Source: Acetatifactor sp. (GTDB taxonomy: Bacteria > Bacillota > Clostridia > Lachnospirales > Lachnospiraceae). From it: a stretch of 64,000 nt of DNA. The notes beneath the pieces were generated by a model. That model was not told the DNA's origin and searched no databases. It worked only from the letters and a program-made list of their open reading frames with translations. The translations under genes were made by a program, and so were the position numbers. The stretch spans positions 18,263 through 82,262 of the forward strand of contig CAVFYJ010000002.1 in the NCBI GenBank assembly GCA_963626545.1. Reading direction: 5' to 3'. Shown here one piece after another: positions 1 through 10,027 of this stretch; position 1 is the first letter of the stretch, and each line of letters starts with the position of its first letter.

Positions 1-65
1 ATGTACGGCATTATAGTGGGGAGAAAGTGATCGTGATGATGGTTTGCATATTATAACATAAATTA

Positions 66-98
66 GCGCCCCGACGAGTATTTTGTCGAGGCGCTTTT
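66..98 (+). terminator. Probable intrinsic terminator of an upstream gene outside the window
   Basis: GC-rich imperfect hairpin agcgccccgac...gtcgaggcgct followed by tttt. Confidence 0.5.
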
Positions 99-160
99 GC
101 AAAATTGTCGGGGGCATGAACATCATCACAAAAATTTCACAAAACAAGTCATGTTTCTTG

Positions 161-189
161 TTGACAGATAAAATAATAAATGTTATAGT
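161..189 (+). promoter_or_regulatory. Sigma-A-type promoter upstream of tnpB/dnaJ
   Basis: TTGACA-17 nt-TATAGT with TG extended -10. Confidence 0.75.
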
Positions 190-243
190 ACATATAGAGC
201 AGAAAGACGTTAATCGTATTCTGCCACTTATATAATAGTTAAT

Positions 244-1488
244 ATGCCAGTGCGAAAATCTTTTTGTTTAAAAGAATTAGCACGATTGAAGCACTATACA
301 AAAAAGGAGATGAGGTATTTGCTAAAGAGCTTCAAGACGGAAATCAATCCCACATTGGAGCAGAGAACAAAGATCAATAAAACGATTGGAACCTGCCGAT
401 ATCTATACAATTTTTATCTTTCTTATAACTTGAAGCGTTATGAGCAGGGAGAAAAATTTATGAGTGGAAAGTCCTTTAGCGTATGGCTGAATAATGAATA
501 TTTGCCGACACATCCTGAATATTCATGGATAAAGGAAGTTAGCTCAAAGGCAGTAAAGTATGCAATTGAATGTGGGTGTACCGCATTTACAAGATTTTTT
601 GAGCATCAGAGTGGATTTCCAAATTTCAAAAAGAAAGACACTTCAGATGTTAAAATGCATTTTGTGAAGAATAATCCGAAGGACTGCTTTTGTGAGCGAC
701 ACCGAATTAATATTCCAACACTTGGCTGGGTACGGCTAAAGGAAAAGGGATATCTGCCAACAACGAAAGATGGTTGGCGAATTCGAAGTGGTACTATTTC
801 GAAAAAAGCGGGGCGATTTTATGTATCTGTTCTAGTGGATGTTCCGGATTTGCCAGTCAAGCAGAAAAAAGATCAAGCTGAAGGAATAGGAATTGATCTT
901 GGACTAAAAGAGTTTGCCGTTCTTTCAAATGGTAAAACTTATAAAAACATTAATAAAACAAGCCGAATAAAAAAGCTTGAGAAACAGTTAAGACGGGCCC
1001 AGCGTTGTCTGTCTCGTAAATATGAAAATTTAAAGAAAATGAGGAAAGGAGAGTCTACTCAAAGGGCAAATATACAAAAACAAAAGCTTAGGGTACAAAA
1101 ACTTCATCAGAGAATCAACCAGATTCGAACCGATTACATTAATCAGACAATTGCAACGATTGTGAAAACCAAGCCATCGTATCTAACGATTGAAGATTTG
1201 AATGTAAAAGGAATGATGAAGAATCGTCATCTTTCGAAAGCAGTGGCTTCACAGAAATTTTATGAGTTTCGAGAAAAACTTGTGAAAAAGTGTCATGAAG
1301 AAGGAATTGAGTTGAGAATGGTAAGTAGATGGTATCCATCTTCGAGAATATGTCATAGTTGTGGATGTATCAAGAAAGATTTAAAACTTTCAAACCGAAC
1401 TTACAGATGCAGTTGTGGTTATAGAGAAGATCGTGATATCAATGCGGCACTTAATTTGAAAGATGCAATAACTTACGAAATTGCATAA
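244..1488 (+). CDS. tnpB: RNA-guided endonuclease TnpB (true start probably ~310-319 after AAGGAG)
   Basis: N-terminal OrfB HTH-like KSFKTEINPT...GTCRYLYN; RuvC motifs GIDLGLK, IEDLNV, DRDINAA; CHSC...CSC zinc ribbon. Confidence 0.93.
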   Translation: MPVRKSFCLKELARLKHYTKKEMRYLLKSFKTEINPTLEQRTKINKTIGTCRYLYNFYLSYNLKRYEQGEKFMSGKSFSVWLNNEYLPTHPEYSWIKEVSSKAVKYAIECGCTAFTRFFEHQSGFPNFKKKDTSDVKMHFVKNNPKDCFCERHRINIPTLGWVRLKEKGYLPTTKDGWRIRSGTISKKAGRFYVSVLVDVPDLPVKQKKDQAEGIGIDLGLKEFAVLSNGKTYKNINKTSRIKKLEKQLRRAQRCLSRKYENLKKMRKGESTQRANIQKQKLRVQKLHQRINQIRTDYINQTIATIVKTKPSYLTIEDLNVKGMMKNRHLSKAVASQKFYEFREKLVKKCHEEGIELRMVSRWYPSSRICHSCGCIKKDLKLSNRTYRCSCGYREDRDINAALNLKDAITYEIA

Positions 1489-1672
1489 TCGAACGCAATC
1501 GTAAGTATGTACCCAGGGCTATCTGGGGAATTCACGACTGTGGAGTGTACAAGAACTTGTGAGTAGATAGAACTTTGGTTCATCAAAAGCATACACGATG
1601 AAGCAGTAAGTAGTGTTTGTGAGAACCTACAATTCTCAATATGAGTATATTTACACATATTTTGAGTAGCAG
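1489..1672 (+). ncRNA. Putative TnpB omega/reRNA scaffold (element right end)
   Basis: Non-coding stretch between tnpB stop and element end; TnpB guide scaffolds are known to be encoded at the right end. Confidence 0.55.
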
Positions 1673-2865
1673 TGAGAGCTGTGAAGAGAGATTACTATGA
1701 AGTATTAGGCGTCAGCCAAAGTGCAGACGCATCTGCAATAAAGAAAGCATATCGAAAGCTCGCAAAGAAGTATCATCCAGACAGCAATGTCGGTGATGCA
1801 TCGGCAGCAGAGCATTTTAAGGAAGTAAATGAGGCTTATGATGTCCTCGGTGACGAGAAAAAGCGTAATCTTTACGATCAATATGGTCATGCGGCCTTCG
1901 AAGAAGGCTTTGGCCAGGGTGCAAATGGTTACTCCGGTGGTTATTCCGGTGGAGCAAGTGGCTTTGGTGGAAACGGAGGTTTCGGCGGCTTTTCAGGTTT
2001 TGGAAATGCTGGTTCCAATGGCGGCTATCAGGAGTTCCATTTTAATGGAAATGATGCCGACATGGATGATCTGTTAAAGAATTTGTTCGGAGGCGGCCAC
2101 TTTAGCGGCGGATTTGGTTCTAGTTCAGGTTCAGGCAGCTCAGGCAGACGTAGCTATTCATCCAGCGGCTTTAACTCTAGTGGCTTCGGTTCTGGCTTTG
2201 GTCAGGGTGCAAATGGAAATGGCTATAGCAGCTATTCAGACTTTGGATCCGACTACGGAGCAGGCGCAGGTTCTTCCTCTGGTTTTGGTAGTGACGCAGG
2301 AGCCGATTTCCTCGATGTCAACGCAGAAGTTACGGTCAGCTTTGACGAGGCAGCCTTTGGTGCAAACAAGAGAATTCGCTTACAGGGATCCGATGGCAAG
2401 ACACAGACACTTGAAATCAAGATTCCGGCAGGTATCGACTCCGGCAAGACGATTCGTCTGAAGGGAAAGGGCAGTATCGGTCGAAACGGTCGTACCGGCG
2501 ATCTGTTATTAAAGGTTACCGTACAGGATAAGCCAGGTTTCCGTCGTGAGGGAATGGATGTCTACACCACTGTGCAGATTCCATTTACCACAGCTGTATT
2601 TGGCGGCGAGGCACGTATTCAGACCATTCACGGCGATGTCATCTGCAAGATCAAACCGGGTACCCAGTCTGGCAGCAAGATTCGTTTAAGAGGCAAGGGC
2701 ATCGTCTCCATGAAGGACGCAAAAGTCTTTGGTGATCAGTATACAGTTGTCGAGATTCAGGTACCGACAACACTCACGCCGCAGGCCGCAAGGAAGCTGC
2801 GTGAATTTGAAACTGAGTATGCGAAGGCCTCCGGGAGTACATCAAACGGCTTTCATGCCGCGTAA
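1672..2865 (+). CDS. DnaJ-class (type II, CbpA-like) co-chaperone with long G/F/S-rich linker, no zinc finger; start may be GTG 1681
   Basis: J-domain [10 protein letters not shown]...HPD; C-terminal DnaJ_C motifs [31 protein letters not shown]; no CxxCxGxG repeats. Confidence 0.92.
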   Translation: MRAVKRDYYEVLGVSQSADASAIKKAYRKLAKKYHPDSNVGDASAAEHFKEVNEAYDVLGDEKKRNLYDQYGHAAFEEGFGQGANGYSGGYSGGASGFGGNGGFGGFSGFGNAGSNGGYQEFHFNGNDADMDDLLKNLFGGGHFSGGFGSSSGSGSSGRRSYSSSGFNSSGFGSGFGQGANGNGYSSYSDFGSDYGAGAGSSSGFGSDAGADFLDVNAEVTVSFDEAAFGANKRIRLQGSDGKTQTLEIKIPAGIDSGKTIRLKGKGSIGRNGRTGDLLLKVTVQDKPGFRREGMDVYTTVQIPFTTAVFGGEARIQTIHGDVICKIKPGTQSGSKIRLRGKGIVSMKDAKVFGDQYTVVEIQVPTTLTPQAARKLREFETEYAKASGSTSNGFHAA

Positions 2866-2887
2866 TGCTTTCGATAAAAATTGACAG

Positions 2888-2928
2888 AAAAAGCTCTCAT
2901 CATTCAAACAGATTGATGAGAGTTTTTT
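2888..2928 (+). terminator. Intrinsic terminator after the dnaJ-like gene
   Basis: aaaaagctctcatca...tgatgagagtttttt hairpin with T tract. Confidence 0.8.
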
Positions 2929-2987
2929 GTTGCTTTATGGAAATGGTTCCGCTATAATAGTACTGTTTATGTAAAGGAGGAGAAAAC

Positions 2988-3911
2988 ATGTCAATGCAGA
3001 TCGTGTTTGAACAGATTCTTGTCATTTTCGGCTATATAATCGTCGGATATGCGGCAGGAAAGCTGAAAATCATCAACAAGGAGCAGCAGCGTTATCTTTC
3101 AAAGCTGATTTCATCGCTCATACTTCCATTTACAGTGCTTTCAGCCAGCAGCATGCAGGTAAATGGACGTGATCTTATTAACATAGCAGAGGCAGTCGCA
3201 CTGCTGTTTGGATGTCTGGCACTCACATCGGCAGGTGTGTTGGCATATGCGAAGATCAAAAAACTGCCAGATGAAAAGAAAGCAGCATATACAGGACTGT
3301 GTACCTATCCAAATTGCACATTCATCGGAATGCCGCTTTGCATCGCACTTATGGGTGAGTGGGGTACGCTTTACGGCGCAGCAGGAATCATTTCATTTAA
3401 TATGCTTTTTTTTACACTTCAGATTTCTCTGTTTACCAGACAAAAATTTCATCCAAAAGTATTTTTGACACCATTAAATATCAGTACGCTGGTAATGATA
3501 TTGATGCTTATATTCCATGTGCAGTTTCCAACCCCGCTTCAGACTGTATGCTCCAATATAGGAGGCATCACTACACCGCTTGCACTTATCATTGTAGGTG
3601 TTATGTTGGCAGACGGAAATCTGTCAGAGATCATAACAGAGAAGCGATCCTATGTGATATCACTGATAAGAAATATCATTTGCCCGCTTGTCATGCTTGC
3701 TATTATGGCAGTGCTTCCGCTTGACCAGAATCTTAGAATGGCAGTGCTGATCTATGTGGCATGCCCTGTCGCAAATCTGACGAGCGTATATGCTATTCAA
3801 TGTGATATGGAGCCGGCATTGTGCGCAAAAGCAACAATTTTGTCAACAATTCTTTTTATCGTGACAATACCGGCAATCATATGGCTCGGACAGATGGTTT
3901 ACGGATTTTAA
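2988..3911 (+). CDS. AEC (auxin efflux carrier/malonate) family transporter
   Basis: ~10 hydrophobic segments; YPNCTFIGMPL and TPLALIIVG motifs; strong RBS. Confidence 0.85.
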   Translation: MSMQIVFEQILVIFGYIIVGYAAGKLKIINKEQQRYLSKLISSLILPFTVLSASSMQVNGRDLINIAEAVALLFGCLALTSAGVLAYAKIKKLPDEKKAAYTGLCTYPNCTFIGMPLCIALMGEWGTLYGAAGIISFNMLFFTLQISLFTRQKFHPKVFLTPLNISTLVMILMLIFHVQFPTPLQTVCSNIGGITTPLALIIVGVMLADGNLSEIITEKRSYVISLIRNIICPLVMLAIMAVLPLDQNLRMAVLIYVACPVANLTSVYAIQCDMEPALCAKATILSTILFIVTIPAIIWLGQMVYGF

Positions 3912-4146
3912 CCGAATCAAGTAAGTCCCATGCTTCAATTGCAAAAATCAGCCCAACTAACGTGTTAATTTTTTAATAAAAAGACCAAAAATACGCAAAA
4001 AGTCTTGTTCAATTGGTTAAAAAAGCAATTGACTTTTTGCATAAATTCTGGAATAATATAGATAGATTGGGGTGATTTTTGGAGATACCCAAAAGACGCC
4101 AATTGTACAAATGTACAGATATTAAGAAAAGAGAGGTTAATGTAAA

Positions 4147-5754
4147 ATGGCAAAAGTGGATTTAAGCCAGTATGGTATTACTGGAACTACAGAAGTTGTA
4201 TACAATCCTTCTTATGAAGATCTGTTTGCAGAGGAGACAAAGCCAGAGTTAGAAGGCTATGAGAAGGGACAGGTTACCGAACTGGGTGCTGTTAATGTCA
4301 TGACTGGTATTTACACCGGACGTTCTCCTAAGGATAAGTTCATCGTTATGGATGAGAATTCCAAGGATACTGTATGGTGGACCTCTGATGAGTATAAGAA
4401 CGACAACCATCCGGCTAGCGAAGAGGCATGGGCAGCTGTTAAAAAGATCGCTCAGGAAGAACTTTCCAACAAGAAGCTGTATGTCGTAGATGCATTCTGC
4501 GGTGCAAACAAGGATACCAGAATGGCAGTTCGTTTCATCGTAGAGGTTGCTTGGCAGGCTCATTTCGTAACCAACATGTTCATCCGTCCTACAGAGGAAG
4601 AGCTTAAGGATTTCAAGCCAGATTTCGTTGTTTACAACGCATCTAAGGCTAAGGTTGAGAACTACAAGGAGCTGGGTCTGAATTCTGAGACAGCTGTTGT
4701 ATTCAACATCACAAGCCATGAGCAGGTTATCATCAACACATGGTACGGCGGTGAGATGAAGAAAGGTATGTTCTCCATGATGAACTACTTCCTTCCATTA
4801 AAGGGTATGGCTTCCATGCACTGCTCCGCTAACACCGATATGAACGGTGAGAATACCGCTATCTTCTTTGGTCTGTCTGGAACAGGTAAGACCACTCTGT
4901 CTACCGACCCGAAGCGTCTCCTGATTGGTGATGACGAGCACGGATGGGATGACAACGGCGTATTCAACTTCGAGGGTGGATGCTACGCAAAGGTTATCAA
5001 CCTGGATAAGGATTCCGAGCCGGATATCTACAATGCAATCAAGAGAAACGCTCTTCTTGAGAACGTTACTGTTGATGAGAATGGCAAGATCGACTTCACT
5101 GATAAGAGCGTAACCGAGAATACTCGTGTATCTTATCCGATCGACCACATCGAGAAGATCGTTCGTCCGATCTCTGCTGCTCCGGCTGCAAAGAACGTTA
5201 TCTTCCTGTCTGCAGATGCATTCGGTGTACTGCCGCCAGTATCTATTCTGACTCCAGAGCAGACAAAGTACTACTTCCTGTCTGGTTTCACCGCTAAGTT
5301 AGCTGGTACCGAGCGTGGTATCACTGAGCCGACCCCAACCTTCTCCGCTTGCTTCGGACAGGCATTCCTTGAGCTGCATCCGACCAAGTACGCAGAAGAG
5401 CTGGTTAAGAAGATGGAGAAGAGCGGTGCAAAGGCATATCTGGTAAATACCGGATGGAATGGTACCGGAAAGCGTATCTCCATTAAGGATACTCGTGGTA
5501 TCATCGATGCAATTCTGGATGGTTCCATCACAACTGCACCTACAAAGAAGATCCCGATGTTCGACTTCGAGGTTCCGACCGCACTTCCGGGTGTTGATCC
5601 GCAGATCCTTGATCCTCGTGACACCTATGCTGATGCTTCTGAGTGGGAGGCAAAGGCAAAGGATCTGGCAAGCCGTTTCGTAAAGAACTTCAAGAAGTAT
5701 GAGGGCAACGAGGCTGGTAAGGCTTTAGTAGCTGCAGGTCCGAAGGCTGAATAA
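4147..5754 (+). CDS. pckA: Phosphoenolpyruvate carboxykinase (ATP)
   Basis: [37 protein letters not shown] motifs; highly biased codon usage. Confidence 0.98.
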   Translation: MAKVDLSQYGITGTTEVVYNPSYEDLFAEETKPELEGYEKGQVTELGAVNVMTGIYTGRSPKDKFIVMDENSKDTVWWTSDEYKNDNHPASEEAWAAVKKIAQEELSNKKLYVVDAFCGANKDTRMAVRFIVEVAWQAHFVTNMFIRPTEEELKDFKPDFVVYNASKAKVENYKELGLNSETAVVFNITSHEQVIINTWYGGEMKKGMFSMMNYFLPLKGMASMHCSANTDMNGENTAIFFGLSGTGKTTLSTDPKRLLIGDDEHGWDDNGVFNFEGGCYAKVINLDKDSEPDIYNAIKRNALLENVTVDENGKIDFTDKSVTENTRVSYPIDHIEKIVRPISAAPAAKNVIFLSADAFGVLPPVSILTPEQTKYYFLSGFTAKLAGTERGITEPTPTFSACFGQAFLELHPTKYAEELVKKMEKSGAKAYLVNTGWNGTGKRISIKDTRGIIDAILDGSITTAPTKKIPMFDFEVPTALPGVDPQILDPRDTYADASEWEAKAKDLASRFVKNFKKYEGNEAGKALVAAGPKAE

Positions 5755-5937
5755 TTCGAGCTTCGAATTTAAAATTCAGAATTCAAAAATCAATGATTTG
5801 AGTGAGATCCCATTGAATGAGATTAAATTCAGATCAAACCAAACAAAATAACGATAGGTTAATTGGGCAATTAATTGACTAAGGTAAGGCGGGTCATGCG
5901 TATGCATGGCTCGTTTTTTCATAACTGGGAGGCATTT

Positions 5938-7689
5938 ATGGAGAAGAACCAAAATAACGAAGCAAAAATAATAAGCCAGTTAAAAAAGCTTACGGAGCAG
6001 CAACAAATCGAAGCTTGCGTCTATATGTACGAGAATATGCGTGACCGAGAACGAGAAAAATTCGATTCGATATTAAGTAAATATTTGAAAAATTTGGCAC
6101 GTATAAAGGATAATACAAATGGAAATTCAAATGTCGCTGCTATGAGTTTGAAAGAAAGAACATCGTGGAAAGAGGACAGTATTAAGCTTCTTGAATCAAT
6201 TGAGAATGGAGAATATATACTTCAAGGAAGCATTGAATACGATTATGGATATGATTATTACGATGATGCTGGGGAGACTTCTTATGAGGATCCGGACGAG
6301 ATAACAGATAAAATCATGCAAATCATATTTTTTGCAAATGGTTGCTTTCAGGCAGGCTATTATCAGGATGCCCGTGATCTTTATGATCGTCTGTGGGAGT
6401 TAACGGTTACGGCTGATGTGGAAGATTACGGTGAAGAATCTCTTACATTGAATGAGTTGGTTCAAAATCAGTTATTGGCGGCAGATTTGAACCAGATGGC
6501 AGAATACACGTTATATGCCGATTATCAGGTGAGAGAGCCAGACGAACGAGTCGAGGATATGTACCAATATTTTCGTTATCCCGTTTTTGACAATATTTCC
6601 ATGGAAAAGGCATTGGCATCTGGAAAAGACAAATTGGAAGATACGGAGTTGTTCTGGAAAGAATGGATTGAATTTTTATCATCCAAGGATGGAAGAACGG
6701 AGACACGACTGATAGAGGAAGCGGCACTGTATTGTGGTGGTTGCGAGTTACTGGAGAAAGTCGCAGAGAAAAATTATCGTTTGCATCCTCAGATAGTCTT
6801 GGATGCAATGGAGACATACAAAAATGCTGCACTTTACGAAAAAATGGGACGCTGCGGAGAAAAGGCAATAAAGCAAATGAATTCGGAATATTGCATTCGA
6901 AGTCAAATTGCAAAACAGACTGCGCTTGCATATGAGTATCAGAACAAGAAATACGATCAGGGAATCATCTGGCAGGAGATATTTCGCTCAGACTCGACAA
7001 TTACGAATTTACTATTCTTTCTTGCTGCAGATCCAAAACGTGTAAAAAATTACACTGTTTACAAAAATGACGGTAAAGTGATGAACATTCAAAACAACAG
7101 AGAACTTCAAAGAAATCAGATTAGTAAAAATCAATATGTGCCATTACGGCTTTTGACGGGCGGCTTTGGTGAGGTTGAAACCTATTGTAAACGTTACAAA
7201 GCCTCTATAGGATGGACAGGAAGCTTCATGAAAAAGACGATTGCACTGTTCCTTCTTCTTCTTTATCAGGAAAAGACACTTCGGACGGCAACAAGCAGGC
7301 TGCTTTTCCAGATTGACTTTGAGGAAGTGGGAGAGGAAAAACAGGTAAATTTGGAAAAGCAGATTTACAAAGAAAGCAGAAGTAAGGATGTAAGTGCATT
7401 GTGGATACTGCTTTTGAAATGGAAGGAACAATATCCGATGGAACTCGATGAACGAAAACAGCATCTTGCATGGATTAAGAAATTAATGAAGGATCGAGCG
7501 GACGCAATTGTAGGAAATGCCTATAGGGGAAAATATCGGGAAACAGCGATGTATCTTTGTGCAATTGGTGAAGTTGAGGAATCGTTTGGAACTGTAAATG
7601 CAAAGGGCCGCATTCAACAGGAATATAAATCAAAGTTTCCAAGACATCGTGCATTTCATAGTGATATGAGTGAGTTTTGCAAAGGATAA
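5938..7689 (+). CDS. Hypothetical helical protein (start at ATG 5938 after GGGAGG rather than 5875)
   Basis: Long open frame with RBS; no recognised catalytic motif; C-terminal KFPRHRAF motif. Confidence 0.75.
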   Translation: MEKNQNNEAKIISQLKKLTEQQQIEACVYMYENMRDREREKFDSILSKYLKNLARIKDNTNGNSNVAAMSLKERTSWKEDSIKLLESIENGEYILQGSIEYDYGYDYYDDAGETSYEDPDEITDKIMQIIFFANGCFQAGYYQDARDLYDRLWELTVTADVEDYGEESLTLNELVQNQLLAADLNQMAEYTLYADYQVREPDERVEDMYQYFRYPVFDNISMEKALASGKDKLEDTELFWKEWIEFLSSKDGRTETRLIEEAALYCGGCELLEKVAEKNYRLHPQIVLDAMETYKNAALYEKMGRCGEKAIKQMNSEYCIRSQIAKQTALAYEYQNKKYDQGIIWQEIFRSDSTITNLLFFLAADPKRVKNYTVYKNDGKVMNIQNNRELQRNQISKNQYVPLRLLTGGFGEVETYCKRYKASIGWTGSFMKKTIALFLLLLYQEKTLRTATSRLLFQIDFEEVGEEKQVNLEKQIYKESRSKDVSALWILLLKWKEQYPMELDERKQHLAWIKKLMKDRADAIVGNAYRGKYRETAMYLCAIGEVEESFGTVNAKGRIQQEYKSKFPRHRAFHSDMSEFCKG

Positions 7690-7759
7690 AGCGGCTTGGA
7701 GACCTGAAAACGCAACTATTAACAGGTAATTGATAAAATATATAGGAGAGGGATAAAAA

Positions 7760-8212
7760 GTGAAGAAAATACAAAAACGCTATCCGATTCTAGCCGCGAT
7801 CATCCTGTTACTTGCAGGGTACTTTGGCTGGTACGAAAATGATCAAAGCCAAGATAATTTATTTGGGCAAGCAGGACAAGTTGTTCAGGAGGCACAGTCA
7901 TCTCAAGCAGAGAAGGTTGGTCAGTCTGTACAAGCCGGGCAGTCCACACTTACATTTCGTAGTGACGCACTTCGAGAGGAACATTATCAAAAACATGGCA
8001 TTGAGATGGGCTTTGCATCAGCCAAGGAGTATGAAAAAGCCGCATCGGCAGTTGTGTCCGACAGCAGAGCACTCTATAAGCTGGAAAAAGAAGATGACGA
8101 TGATGTTTATTATATAGAAGAAACAAATGAATTTGTGATTGTCTCTACGGATGGATATATTCGTACCTATTTTTATCCGAGGGATGGGATACGATATTTT
8201 GATAGGCAGTAA
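7760..8212 (+). CDS. Small secreted/membrane-anchored protein with toxin-RNase-like C-terminal domain
   Basis: N-terminal hydrophobic helix; Q-rich linker; HYQKHG...NEFVIVSTDGYIRTYF motif. Confidence 0.7.
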   Translation: MKKIQKRYPILAAIILLLAGYFGWYENDQSQDNLFGQAGQVVQEAQSSQAEKVGQSVQAGQSTLTFRSDALREEHYQKHGIEMGFASAKEYEKAASAVVSDSRALYKLEKEDDDDVYYIEETNEFVIVSTDGYIRTYFYPRDGIRYFDRQ

Positions 8213-8239
8213 AATTTATAAGAGGCAAAAATATTAGAC

Positions 8240-8283
8240 AAAAAGCGTTAAGAAACGAAAAAAGTTGTTTCTTAACGCTTTTT
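8240..8283. terminator. Bidirectional terminator between convergent genes
   Basis: 17-bp perfect inverted repeat aaaaagcgttaagaaac / gtttcttaacgcttttt. Confidence 0.85.
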
Positions 8284-8289
8284 ATGCTG

Positions 8290-8622
8290 TCAGGGTTTCT
8301 TTTCCGGATTCATTATGTCAAGAAGAGAAGAGTTTTGTTCACTTGAAAATAGATTGATTAGTTGATAAAGAACATTTTTCTGATCAGGCTTAAGTTGACC
8401 AATCTCTATTGATTCAGAACCAGAAATACCAAGAATATAGTCAGAGGTTACATGGAAAATGTGTGTCAGTTCTACAAGGTTTTCAGTAGATGGAGAAGAA
8501 ATTCCCATTTCCCAGGCATTAACACAGGCACGGGTGACGGAAAGCTTTGCGGCAAGAGCTGCTTGGGTGTAACCATTTTTTTCGCGAAGTTCTTTAATAC
8601 GTTCGCTTGTTGATAAAATCAT
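8290..8622 (-). CDS. XRE/Cro-C1 family HTH transcriptional regulator
   Basis: RIKELREKNGYTQAALAAKLSVTRACVNAWEMG HTH_3 pattern; AAAGGAG RBS. Confidence 0.93.
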   Translation of the reverse strand: MILSTSERIKELREKNGYTQAALAAKLSVTRACVNAWEMGISSPSTENLVELTHIFHVTSDYILGISGSESIEIGQLKPDQKNVLYQLINLFSSEQNSSLLDIMNPEKKP

Positions 8623-8708
8623 AATCGACTCGGCTCCTTTTGCAGTCTGATAGTAATTATGTGATATAATATTTACATTTAGTATAACAGATAAGAAGTA
8701 AGAATAAA

Positions 8709-8724
8709 TTATCTTAAATGATAA
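8709..8724. promoter_or_regulatory. Palindromic operator TTATC-N6-GATAA (perfect copy) in the XRE divergent region
   Basis: ttatcttaaatgataa; same motif recurs at three island promoters. Confidence 0.6.
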
Positions 8725-8781
8725 GTATAATATCTAAAAATGGACAAAAACGAAAAGAGGAAAATAAAATGTAAAGCACAA

Positions 8782-8832
8782 ATCTCTTAAAAGATAAAAT
8801 AAATTGACATACCGTATAAACAAGTGTATACT
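8782..8832 (+). promoter_or_regulatory. Island promoter P1 with upstream operator
   Basis: ATCTC-N6-GATAA, 6 nt, TTGACA (8804)-17-TATACT. Confidence 0.75.
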
Positions 8833-8919
8833 TTGGGTAAGAAAATGTCTCTGCGACGTTTCTGAGAAAGGAACGAATTAGACGGTTAGAGAGAATATTT
8901 TAATGATGAGGAGAAAGCA

Positions 8920-9552
8920 ATGGCAAGAGTTTATGTTAGAATGGGTTCGGACAGTACTGGGAGTATTTACTGCAATTCTGATGGAAAGTATATCCGAGTT
9001 GGTGACTCAAGAAGTGACGGAATTATGTACAATATAGATGGAAAGTATATCCGAGAAGGTAATGATGGTAATGGGGAGATTATGTTCAATATTGATGGAA
9101 ATTACATAAGAATAGGAGCTTCTCAAGACGGCGTAATAGGGTATATTATAGACGGAAATTATATTCGGTATGGAGATTATAATGATAGACGCATTGTGTA
9201 TAATCTTACAGAAACGTCTCGAGCATCGGGATGTTTTATAACTACCGCATGCATAAAATCTAGAGGATTGCCTGTAGATTGCTATGAATTGGAAACACTT
9301 AGAAAATTTAGGGATAATTGGGTATCAAAACATGAAAATGGTCCAGCAGAAATAGGTATATATTATGAGATTGCTCCTAAAATTGTAGAAAAATTGGATC
9401 GCCTTTCCAATGCAAAAGAAATCTATGAGCAAATTTATCAAGAGGTAGTCTTGAAATGTGTCCGATTAATTGAAGAAGGAAAGGAGGAAGATGCATATTC
9501 ATTATACAAGAATGCATCTTTCGATCTTAAGAAATATACAGATGCATTGTGA
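8920..9552 (+). CDS. CFI-box-CTERM domain protein with N-terminal 19-aa beta repeats
   Basis: GCFITTAC...CYELETLRKFRD...YYEIAP motif; ~5 repeats of (N/I)(S/I)DG(K/N)YIRxG. Confidence 0.8.
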   Translation: MARVYVRMGSDSTGSIYCNSDGKYIRVGDSRSDGIMYNIDGKYIREGNDGNGEIMFNIDGNYIRIGASQDGVIGYIIDGNYIRYGDYNDRRIVYNLTETSRASGCFITTACIKSRGLPVDCYELETLRKFRDNWVSKHENGPAEIGIYYEIAPKIVEKLDRLSNAKEIYEQIYQEVVLKCVRLIEEGKEEDAYSLYKNASFDLKKYTDAL

Positions 9553-9657
9553 TCAGAGGAATATAAGTTGATGGGATTCGTGTCTAGAATTAGTGAGGTC
9601 ACAAAGTTTGAAATTTAACTAGTTGACAAAATGAAAGGGCAAACAGCAAAATTTGCA

Positions 9658-9708
9658 CTATCAAAAAAGATAAAATAGATTGACATAGAGCAAATCGCGG
9701 TATATAAT
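9658..9708 (+). promoter_or_regulatory. Island promoter P2 with upstream operator
   Basis: CTATC-N6-GATAA, 6 nt, TTGACA (9680)-17-TATAAT. Confidence 0.8.
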
Positions 9709-9756
9709 TTGTCTTAAGAAAGTACTTTTAGCTTTCTGAAGAAAGGAGAATAGAGT

Positions 9757-9927
9757 ATGTTTTTTACAAGAACAGATGTAGCAGAGCTTAACAACTCAGT
9801 AGGAGAAATGCAGAGAAAGTACGGAACCTGTAAATCAGTAAGAATGGCAGAAGCATTTAATAATACCTGTGATAAGTGGGATTGTCCTATTAAATGTTAT
9901 TGTGCTCAATCGGAAAAAGACTCATAA
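9757..9927 (+). CDS. Unannotated 56-aa Cys-rich putative RiPP precursor (MFFTRTDVAELNNSVGEMQRKYGTCKSVRMAEAFNNTCDKWDCPIKCYCAQSEKDS)
   Basis: Translated by hand; AAAGGAG RBS, own promoter, downstream hairpin, directly upstream of radical SAM/SPASM gene. Confidence 0.8.
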   Translation: MFFTRTDVAELNNSVGEMQRKYGTCKSVRMAEAFNNTCDKWDCPIKCYCAQSEKDS

Positions 9928-9935
9928 TTAGGTCT

Positions 9936-9963
9936 GGGGGGGATTTTTAAATCCCCCTTTTTT
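9936..9963 (+). terminator. Hairpin/terminator after the precursor peptide gene
   Basis: ggggggga-tttttaaa-tccccc followed by T6. Confidence 0.75.
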
Positions 9964-10027
9964 GGCAGTAGATGTAGCGCGTGTTGCATATAATTAATAT
10001 TATAAAAATACGGTATGGGGGGAGAAA

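Larger units (their letters stand above)
207..1672 (+). mobile_element. Non-autonomous tnpB-only insertion element (IS607/IS1341-like) in the dnaJ 5' leader; boundaries inferred
   Basis: tnpB ORF followed by ~180 nt structured non-coding right end ending ...ttttgagtagcag; no tnpA; AG dinucleotide at both putative junctions (205-206, 1671-1672). Confidence 0.65.

Noticed and set aside
277..300. TTAGCAC sequence upstream of tnpB/dnaJ resembling a CIRCE half-site
   Set aside because: No GAGTGCTAA second arm at 9-nt spacing
207..310. Possible IStron (group I intron + TnpB)
   Set aside because: Only ~100 nt between the putative left end and tnpB; too short for a group I intron core
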